NCBI RefSeq assembly: GCF_964355755.1
Contig: NC_092671.1
Location: 37,768,304-37,832,303, forward strand
From: Antedon mediterranea
Taxonomy: Eukaryota; Animalia; Echinodermata
Direction: 5' to 3'
DNA length: 64,000 nucleotides
Part shown: positions 40,201-49,700 of the stretch, piece after piece
Numbering within the stretch: position 1 is the stretch's first letter
Layout: every line of letters begins with the position of its first letter
Made by a program: the position numbers and the translations under genes
The notes under the pieces: generated by a model
What the model was told of the DNA's origin: nothing
Databases searched by the model: none
What the model saw: only the letters and a program-made list of their open reading frames with translations

Positions 40201-42661
40201 ACCTACTTTAGTAAAGGATGAAGATTGTCTTTGGTCAGATGAACTTTCTTTGTTTTGTTTTCACCTCCCTGAAACAAAATTACACATGAAAGTATTTTTT
40301 AAATCAGATTTTAATATTTTTTTCTAAAAACTAAAAAAAATGTAAATGTTTACACATAACTTAGTGTTTATACAGTATCTTCAATTTATCAACATTGTGT
40401 AAGAGCTCTGTGATGTGCCCAAATATGGTAGTGATATGCCCAAATATGGTAGTGATATGCCCAAATATGGTAGTGATATGCCCAAATAAGATGATATGAC
40501 ATTTTTCATCACATAAAGTTTGATAGTGTAGACAGAGCTTTCTAAAGGTCATCATCCATAATATAGTTGACATATAACAATAACTTTAATAATTTTAACA
40601 ATAGATAGATAAACATATGAAAATTAACCTTGACAACACTCAGATAGTCAGCAATGGCCGACCGAGCATTCTGGGATAATTTTCTTGCAGACGCATCTGC
40701 GACCCAACAATGGACACCACGGCGACCGGAATACACCCATAAAATGTGCTCAAATCCAAAATCCTCTGTTAAGAAATTAAAAGTTGGTTAATTTTAAATC
40801 ATTGTGTTAATTATTAAATTATATAAAGATTTTATATACCGTATGTTATGTTGGTAACATTAAAACTTGCACTTACCTCGTAGAGCTCTGTTAACAATTT
40901 TAATGGCTATAGTCATTAATGGCCAACATTTAAGGCAAATATCTGCTCCTCTAAACAAAAAAAAAGATGATCAATTTAAATAAATAATACTTTAGTTTTC
41001 AGTTAAGAATTCAGCCCTTACCTTGACGACATGATTATTATTAAGACATGAAACAACTTAAAGAACTAGCCAATGAAAGATCAGACTGGAAGAAACTAGT
41101 AAAAGAGATTTACGGAGCAGCCCAAGCGGAAACGTCGGCAGACTTTTCAGCGGAAAGGCAGTAATAATATATATAATATAACAATAACTTGTAATAATTT
41201 TAACGATGGGAAAAGCATGTTTTAGGAACTAAACAAAAACCAGAAAAGTTGAATTAAATTTATTTCTCAATTTCTACTAGGTATTTGAATCTAATTTTTT
41301 GTGTGCTGTTTATTAACATTAAAAGGATTCATACAAAGTCCTTTTTGTGAAATTTTAAAATCCTTTCATATCCATTTTAAATTGTTTATTAAATTGGTTA
41401 TAAATAACCATATATTCAATATACGTATAATACTCATACATTATAAGAATCACAGTTAACATACAGTAAATCTCTGTCTACACTATCAAACTAGTTTGGC
41501 AAAAAAAAGTGTGATGTGCCCAAATATGGTAGTGATATGCTTAAAAAATATGGTAGTGATATGACATCATCATATCCATATATGGGCACATCACATTTTG
41601 TTGTCACAGATAGTGTAGAAAGAGCTCAAATATTTTTGTTGTCTACATGTTTTTAGTTTTCTTGAGCGTGTGCTAAAATTGATATACTTACTGGCAGCAG
41701 TTCCTGACATCGTCATAATCCGTCATATCAATATCAAACACCAGTTCCTTTTCTTGAGCCTGAAATGCTGCAGCTTTAACTGTTTTATGATCCTTGGGCT
41801 AAAATCGCAATAAAATATTGTTGTTAAATACTATTCATAAATTGTTAAAACACTAATATACAGCCGCTACTATATTAATATGCCAAAACATGGCAGCGAT
41901 AAACCCAAATATGGTAGTGGTTTGACATCATCTTGTCCATATATGGGCACATCACATTTTTGTTTACAAATGTTGATAGTGTAGACAGAGCTTTAGAGGT
42001 TTATATATGTAACATCCATCCTATTACCTCCCTCCCCCTTCCGTTCCACTTTGTATTGCTAACCAAACTTACCCTGTGTGTATATACAGCCCCTATGTCA
42101 ATTTTATGAGGGCAGCATCTCAGAATCTCCTTTTCCAGTTCTTGCTCGTTACTAAATGACTGATATCGAATGTAGATGTCATCCTTCAATGTAAATGAGA
42201 ACTCACGATGGGAAAAGTATGTTTTAGGAACTAAACAAAAACCAGAAAAGTTGAATTAAATTTAGCATGCCACATAATATTAATAATTATTATTTATAAA
42301 AATATAGGCAGAATTATTGGAATTTTATTTATTGTTTATTTCTATATCTGCAAACGTTTTTTATATTCTTATTACTGATTTGAAATAACCTAAAAGTAAA
42401 TTGTTAATTTTCCTAGGCCAACATCACTACCTGCCAGAAACACCACAGACAGTCATACAATGACATTCCCCGTCCTGCATGCTGGCAACTACTACTACTT
42501 TATAGACAGCAGGGCCTAGCTTGTTATTACTTACTACAACCGTAACTTAACCATCTATAATAAGGTCCAAATGGAAATAGTCTCCTGTAATAGATAGCCA
42601 GTAACTCTGGTAAGTCATCGCTAGAATATTTTGTTACTTTTGTCCCTTCAGCTGTCGACAT
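37270..42661 (-). CDS. PRIM1: DNA primase small (catalytic) subunit, complete, 426 aa
   Basis: Exons (minus): 42661-42535, 42230-42073, 41798-41692, 40950-40877, 40765-40629, 40268-40207, 39909-39797, 39489-39392, 38651-38449, 38231-38149, 37497-37399, 37289-37270 (TAG); total 1281 nt. Motifs: [57 protein letters not shown] (DxD), [37 protein letters not shown]. Confidence 0.96.
37817..37940. mobile_element. Dominant MITE copy
   Basis: Both TIRs, TTA/TTA. Confidence 0.87.
38299..38404. mobile_element. Dominant MITE copy (partial)
   Basis: Core and degenerate right TIR. Confidence 0.75.
38761..39175. mobile_element. hAT-like element remnant (CAGGGGCGGATCC-type ends)
   Basis: CAGGGGTAGATCCA at left, TGGATCCGCCCCGTG at right; TSD not clear. 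A related end fragment lies at 61545-61589. Confidence 0.5.
39246..39367. mobile_element. Dominant MITE copy (partial, four 21-bp units)
   Basis: ATATCACTACCATATTTGGGC repeats and one TIR. Confidence 0.8.
39490..39796 (-). other. U12-type (minor spliceosome) AT-AC intron, PRIM1 intron 7
   Basis: Minus strand 5' site ATATCCTTT at 39796, branch point TTCCTTAAT at 39512-39504, terminal AC at 39491-39490. Splicing here keeps the frame ([13 protein letters not shown]). Confidence 0.9.
39548..39760 (+). mobile_element. tRNA-derived SINE family 3, 5'-truncated, inside the U12 intron
   Basis: CAGATAAGGA.TATAAAC...GCTCATGTGCACTTTAAAGAACCTAGTACATCTTT shared with 60137-60385. Confidence 0.7.
40038..40539. 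mobile_element. Two dominant MITE copies flanking PRIM1 exon 6
   Basis: 40038-40190 and 40403-40539 lie on either side of exon 40207-40268 (the exon is not part of the elements). Confidence 0.8.
41020..41190 (+). mobile_element. RTE-like LINE extreme 3' end remnant
   Basis: [27 protein letters not shown] resembles the A.DR..W...V C-terminus of RTE-clade ORFs; followed by a TAA-rich tail. Confidence 0.5.
41470..41626. mobile_element. Dominant MITE copy
   Basis: Both TIRs, diverged. Confidence 0.8.
41870..41992. mobile_element. Dominant MITE copy (partial)
   Basis: Core and right TIR. Confidence 0.75.
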
Positions 42662-42720
42662 TATGATAAAATTCAGTATGAAATTACAAATGATGTCAAA
42701 ATGTTGTTTTCATTTTTAGG

Positions 42721-42734
42721 TTCGCGCGAAAAAA
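42721..42734 (-). promoter_or_regulatory. E2F binding site in PRIM1 proximal promoter
   Basis: TTCGCGCGAAAAAA (minus strand TTTTCGCGC, E2F consensus TTTSSCGC), 60 bp upstream of the PRIM1 ATG in an otherwise CpG-poor region; replication genes are established E2F targets. Confidence 0.65.
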
Positions 42735-43148
42735 ACGATGTACACTAATTTAACATTGAGGGCGTTATCAAAACACTCTCCTTTTTTATCTTTCGAAGTT
42801 TTTTCAATACTTACTTAGTTTTCAGATCAATTAATTTAAATAGTGCTATCTTTTTTGATCAGATATCCAAAATGACTCTAATAACGGACCATGATAAATC
42901 TTAAAGTTGTATTTTATATTTTCATTTAAAGATATAGTGTCCCCAGTGTCCCCCTGTTATTAATTTTGACAAAAAATGGGATCCAAAACAATTATTTACC
43001 TGAAAACATTTGTTTTCCCTACCACCGGAATTAAGTGATTTTATATTAAAAATGTCCATCCATGACTATGTTCATTTAAAAGTTTACGTACATTGATTTT
43101 AATTTATTTTTTCAACAATTATTAATTATGCAAACAAATTATAATGAC

Positions 43149-44062
43149 AAAATGCCAAAGGATTGTCAAAGCGAACTTAGACACTGCTAATTGGTTTCTT
43201 TAATTATCGTTAATATCCAAAAACTGGAAGATTCAAAATCTTGGCAACTACTTGCTGTTCTGGTAGTGGTAAAAAGTTTATCTAGCCTGGGGAACTATTC
43301 CATTAAAAGGAAAGGAAAGTTGTGGAAATGGTACATATATTATGTAATGTGTAACATTCCGTTTAATTAAATTAAAATTTTACATTTATAAAAATAAGAA
43401 TATTAATAGATATATTAATGTGTTTAAATATAGTCTATTATGGGTGTGGCATTCGTGTGGGCGCACGTGGTGGTGGTGGTATATTTTGAGTTAGTATCGT
43501 ACGACCTGGAAAATCCAGTCATCCATCATGAAAACATGACATGATCGCGCGGTGAGTTCAATTAATTTATTCCGGCTCAAAACAAATGCCAAAGGATTGT
43601 CAAAGCGAACTTTAGACACTGTTAATGTGCGTCACCAATAATAAGTTATTCAGTTTTCATCTTTCCATTTAAAAAAATCGTAATTCAATTAGTTTCTTTA
43701 ATTATCGTTAATATCCAAAAACTGGAAGATTCAAAATCTTGGCAACGCCCATTAGTTGCTGTTCTGGTAGTGGTAAAAAGTTTATCTAGCCTGGGGGACT
43801 ATTCCATTTTAAAAAGAAAAGTTGGCGAAATAGTACATACGTATTATATTATGTAATGTGTAACGAAATTTTACATTTATAAAAATAAGAATATTAATAG
43901 ATATTGATGTGTTAAAATATAGTCTATTATGGGTGTGGCATTCGTGTGGGCGCACGTGGTGGTATATTTTGAGTTTGTATCGTACGACGTACCTGGAAAA
44001 TCCAGTCATGCATGAAAACATGACATGATCGCGCGGCGGTGAGTTCAATTAAATTCATTCCG
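43149..44062. repeat. Tandem duplication (about 430 bp x2) in the PRIM1/ACC divergent promoter
   Basis: About 43149-43582 and 43584-44062 share AAATGCCAAAGGATTGTCAAAGCGAAC...GGGTGTGGCATTCGTGTGGGCGCACGTGG...GATCGCGCGGTGAGTTCAATT with high identity. Confidence 0.9.
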
Positions 44063-44074
44063 GTTCAAAACAAA

Positions 44075-44084
44075 GTCACGCCAC
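44075..44084 (+). promoter_or_regulatory. SRE-like (SREBP) element at putative ACC promoter
   Basis: GTCACGCCAC matches RTCACNCCAC; nearby GGGTGTGGC (Sp/KLF) and CACGTG motifs. Confidence 0.5.
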
Positions 44085-44131
44085 CTCTCTTCACAACAAC
44101 ACAAACGGTTGCAAACAGAGAAGAAAGAAAG
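44085..44131 (+). other. Putative non-coding first exon of ACC
   Basis: Strong donor AAG|GTAAGG at 44131/44132, immediately downstream of an SRE-like motif and upstream of the acceptor at 46684; TSS position is a guess. Confidence 0.5.
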
Positions 44132-45177
44132 GTAAGGATTATACTGCATATTCACATGTGTTTCCAGTTGTTTTACTGGAGGTTTTTCAAGCTATATCAC
44201 ACGTTTGTAATAATTTAGGCTAGGCCTAGCTAGTAGTAGTTAATAATTAAGGCTTGAAGCCAAAGAAAGGAGGAGTCGAGTAGATAGGCCTACTAGCTAG
44301 GCTATATGAATATGATGATGCATCATGCACTGCATGCAGCAGCAGGCCAGGGCAGGGCAGTCCCTCTCGATCCTCTCTCTGATCCTCACTCACTCAGCAG
44401 CTTTCTTCTCCGATCCTTCCTAGGGCCCCTACACATAGACTAGGCTAGCTACCAATAAACATACGCAAAAGGCCATCAGGAGAGCCAGCGTCCAGGACGC
44501 AGGTACCTTACCTAAATTAGAATAGGGCTAGGCCTAGTAGGTAGCCTATGCTAGTATATTTATGTAGGCCTACGCCGCATTCATTTGACATGATGAGGGA
44601 TATTTTTTGGGGTAGGGCTAGCTAGACCTATAGGCTATAGTATAAGTTAAGATCGTTCTTTATTTATTTATTGGTGCTCCATTGCAGAGGTATTCAAAAT
44701 GAATAATCATTAGGCCTACTGTACTACAGAGACATGAGCTATACAGCAATCAGAAACTGATTTCCCCTGACATGTGGTCAACTGTTTTTTCTGGAGTATT
44801 TTATTCAGGTCGGCCGGATATCCTGTGCATTGCCATTGTGCAATGATAAAGAGCTGTTCAGTTTCTCGACGATCAATTTACTTTGATCTTTCTCAGGAAT
44901 GATAATGAAATTCAAAGTCGCATTACATTTTAAAAATATTTTCAAGCGATGATGTTATCTTTCAAATTGCTCATATTCATCCATTTGTACAATACTCAAT
45001 AGCTTTTCTTACCCAATTTGGATATTGGCCATACAATTTTAATTGTGCGCCAAAGTTGTGCTTACATTTCATCTTAATCTCATTTCCTCAAGTCCCTAAA
45101 CTATAAAACCAGATTTTATGTTTTGTTAAATATATGTCAGTTTGATTTTAATTTTTATGAAAAAAAATGTAAAATTG

Positions 45178-45527
45178 ATGCACTTGTCAATTGTATGACC
45201 CACTATACGACCCCCGAGAGAGGTGCGTCATTTGTCCGATGTGCGTCGTACCTTATGAATACCATGAGGCACCTGTGCATCAATAATATGACTTACCTTT
45301 AGGTGACCATGACGGATATCTTTGAAAAAGATGCACTGTGACCATGTCGTTTGTGATTATATTTTGAGCGGTAAAGTGACGGACATTGACACACCATTGT
45401 TCCTTGATGTAACATACCTTCTATTTTTTTTTACGCACCCCTGCGTCAATAATTATTTGTAAATGACGCACCCATGACCCACCTCTCCCACGGGTCGTAT
45501 AGTGGGTCATACAATTGACAAGTGCAT
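45178..45527. mobile_element. Non-autonomous DNA transposon with about 36-bp perfect TIRs in ACC intron 1
   Basis: ATGCACTTGTCAATTGTATGACCCACTATACGACCC / GGGTCGTATAGTGGGTCATACAATTGACAAGTGCAT. Confidence 0.85.
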
Positions 45528-45842
45528 TAATACCAATCAATTTGATTTTATGCGTTATTTTAAATTTGCTCGTCTTCAAAGTTTACAAATGGGATGCTAA
45601 ACATTCTAGATCGGGTGATTTTTATTTATAACAGATTAAAGCGATATAGTACAATGTAACAATATGCTATAAAAGATAATCATTGACATGGATGTGTTTT
45701 TTGTATTGTTAATAGATAACCCATCATCTAAATTCATTTTTAGATTGATACTAATTTTTTTCTGATAAACATTATAGATAATGAGAATATATATGTTGTC
45801 ATTTATATCCGATTATTATTTTATATGTTATATATATATTAA

Positions 45843-46157
45843 AAATGTATTGTCCCCCTGAAAAAATAATTACAAACAATTTTGTTTAAATACATGCCAT
45901 TTTAATGTCACATATTAATAGTATAATAATAGAAACAAAATGTATTTACCTAAAAAAATTGTAATTTAAAGAAAAAAAGGTTCAAATTGGCTGCCAGCCA
46001 ATGGATTTTTGGTTAAACTTGAAGTGAAAACTTCTTTTTTTCCCCCTTTTTTTTTGTACGGAAGTGATTAACTTGATTAAAACTACAAAATAACCAGTAT
46101 TCAAAGTCGGATTTAATCAATCTTCATTTTTCATGTTTTTGGGGGAACAGTACATCT
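45843..46157. mobile_element. TTAA-flanked MITE family A (Kolobok-like)
   Basis: TTAA-AAATGTATTGTCCCCC ... GGGGGAACAGTACATCT-TTAA. Confidence 0.75.
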
Positions 46158-46738
46158 TTAATTGAAAATGTGTAATAACTTCATTTTTAATTAATAAAAT
46201 ATTGATTAGGTTACCCACCATCTAATTTCATTTTTAATTAATTTATAATTATCAAGTCCACCCCTGAGTGACAATCACATTGATACAATATATTGTAATT
46301 TACATTTTTATGTAAATTCATTGAAAATCACCATAACGTGTTATACCAAATTACACTCTAACCAGCATTTTGTCAAAATACTGGTACTCTTTAATCCAAA
46401 TATGAATTTATTTTATTTGTTTTCCTTGATATTTTATTCATATACTACCAGCAGTTGTCATTACAGTTTCATTGACATGTTTTATAATTATCCTATCTTG
46501 TTCATTGCTGATGTGCAGTTCCCACTGATAGTACTAATTTGTTGAGGTGCTGACCATCTTTCAATTCTATTTAATCCTTGTAAAATAGTACTTTTAATTT
46601 CTTTACTGGATATTATATTAGTGTTAGAAATTAGTTTTTCTTTCGTTATATATTTTTCTCCATTTTCTCTTGTATTTATTTCAGGTTTGGTTTTGTAACG
46701 CAATTATTGGGGCAGTTTGCGGCACCCCTGTTGATGTG

Positions 46739-49700
46739 ATGGCGTCGAAGCAGACTCCGTCAGAGGATGCAGGACTCAAGAAGCCTGTGCTCTTCAGGTT
46801 AGGATCCATCTCGGAGCAAGGCACTGGTGATGTTAAGACTAATGGAGAAGTAAATGGCACAAATGATGTGGACTCTAATAAAAGGTTTGTAAAATATCAT
46901 TTGTTTATTTTAAAGATAAATTATAAAAAAATGTGTACAGAAACTTTAGTATGCTGTAATACTGTAGAAAGCAGACAACTTTGAGATGTCCCCTGTATAG
47001 AGGTTCGCCAGAGTGTATGTATTTTCCCCTCATTCTTTCACAGGCTAGTGTCCTCTTAAATGGGTGTCCCCTCAATAGGGATGTCCCAAAGTAGGATTCT
47101 GCTGTATTTATTCCTAAGACTTTTTTTATTCAATAATCTATCATGCACATTCAAGTTTATTTTGGAACATAGGAGCAATGACTTCCAATAGATGAGGCAA
47201 TGTGTAAGGTACATTATGTAAGAATAAAAAGTGTTTGCAGTGACAGGTCTCAGACCCTTGCCAGTTTATCATAAATATTCCTGACATCATTTTCATAAGA
47301 TAGCCCTTTCTACCATCAAATGGATACATTTTATCTGGTTAAAAATTACATAATTGGTTTGTGCAGTCAAAATAAGTCTACTGGGAGTGACTAGCATTAG
47401 GCCTACTAGTGTGTTATTATCAACTGATGATAGAGTACCAGTAACTATTCGTTGTATAATAGCAATGACATTGAAGCCCACTCAGTTAAGTTTTTAACCT
47501 GAATATATTTGTTATTATTTAATTCTACAACCAAATTTAAATTTGCTAATATCTTAAAACATTTGACAAACCCACAACAAAAATGAATTAAGTTATTTCA
47601 ATTGAATTTATGTATACTGCTATTTTTTCTACTGTATTTTAGTCATAAAATGGTAGATTCCGATATAAAATGTCCTGGTAATTCTTAAAATGACACAACT
47701 ACCAGTATTTTTAAATCATAATTATGTTTATTCATAGCAAGTTATCACAGAAAATTATAATATAGTATAGTACTGTATATGACTATAAACCCATTCTCAA
47801 GTATAAACCTCCCCCCCCCCCCCCTCTCTATCTCTCTCCTTCTCCATTTCCTTCTCTCTCTAAATTAGGTTACATTCAGGCGCAAGACTTTAGTAATTCC
47901 GAGTGTAATCCCACCCACTGTTTTCACCAAATTTACTTGCTCATGGAAAACTTTTGTATCAAATAATAATTTAAAGGGAATTGAGTATATTTTAAAAACT
48001 TTGATAAAGCTGAAAAGGTATTAAAGACCCCTTCCCTGCAATTTTGGACGATTTTTGGAAAATAATACATATATATCACTTTAAAAACATTAAACCATGT
48101 CATTCCTTGTCTTAAATGTACGTTTTATGGTAAATTATGATAAAAAGTGAGAAACAATGCACTACCTAAGTAGCTCGCGGCGATCGACCTCTCGTGGACG
48201 GTCTTTAGGCCTAGCCTAGCTAGGCTTAGTTTTGTAGGCCTAGCTGGTAAACATCGGTAACGTACGAACATCGTACGCTACCTATATACCTAGCCTGACG
48301 TTGTATAGTTGCTGCATTAATTGTCTTTCTATTTTTGCCAGACTCCGTTGATACAAATTGGGGAAAACCCGGTATTTTCGCTGAAAAGTTAGGAGTCTTC
48401 CATTTGTTTTGGCCTCACGATCGATCGAAAGGTGGGCGAATTACAGGTGAAAAACAAAAATATCAATCCGCGCGCAATGCATTTTGGGATTTATAGCGGG
48501 CCGCTATAATTATTAGAATCGACTTATTTTTCACATTTTTAACCGTTTAAAGACGAAAAAAGTTATCGCAATAGGATCATATAGTATTATTTTTACATTA
48601 AATATAGTTTGTGATCTTAAATTAGATCTAAAAAACGTAGGGAATGGGGCTTTAAGAATTATAAGAGGGCTAAAGCTCTGTCTATACTATCAAACTTGAT
48701 GTGACAACAAAAAGTCATGTGCCCATATATGGACATGATGATGTCATATCAATACCATAGGCATAGCACTATCATATTTAAGTATATCACTACCATATTA
48801 AGCACATCACTTTTTTTATCAAACTAGTTTGATAGTGTAGACAGAGCTTTACATTTCATTATGTTATTTACTGCCCTCTAGTGAGAGCATTGAATTGTCA
48901 TGGTTAGCTTGACCATGTTATAATGTCAAGGCAACGTTTTTACTAACATTTTAACAATAATGGTTTTAATTGAATTGTTGCTGATAAAGGATACTTACCT
49001 TGAAAGCTAACACACCTGTGGTGTCCTATTGAATGTGATAAAGGTAATCAGTCTATTCTAATCTAAGCACTTAGCAGGTTTTTTTCTTTCTTGTGACATC
49101 TTTGTGTATTTATTTGTGAACAGGGAAATTCCATCTTCATTTCAACTTAGACAATTTTACAATAAGCCTACAAGTACTTATCATTGTGTTTGTATTAGTT
49201 AAGTATATTGATTGTTTATTCGTAACTTGCAGAAAAATGGTTAGTTAAAAGTATTATTAGTTTTCACCCATTTAATTGCCTTTGATTTGATTGATCTTAA
49301 TTTAAGTTTTTTATTCCTTGAAAACACATTGTTACCTTGACACTTGTTCATTTCCTTGAATCATGGAGCTATTGAATCTGCATCTGTTTTGAAAGTGTGT
49401 TACCTTCAAAATCAAACACTTGCTGATGAGTGGCTTGATACTGTATGTACATTGGACCACAACAGTCACTCACTGCTGCACAATAAATAACACAATTTAC
49501 CATTGTTGTCAAATGTTACTGAGTTTTATTGTACATCAGATTTCCTGTAATGTTGTACTGTGTGAGTTTTTAACATTTATGGAAGGTAAGTAAGACATTT
49601 ATGCTTTTTTGTTTTATTTTCAGCTCTGAAAGTTCGATTGAAGCTGCAGCTGCTAAAACCAAGGGAATGCCCAAGCCTAGATACAGGTATTGTTATGTTA

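Noticed and set aside
44306-44443. Short ATG-rich ORF in ACC intron 1 as an N-terminal extension exon
   Set aside because: It terminates at TAG before any usable donor and has low-complexity composition.
49579-49623. ATG GAA G|GTAAGT as an alternative ACC first exon
   Set aside because: It would leave a 38-nt intron and is phase 1, whereas the next exon needs phase 2.
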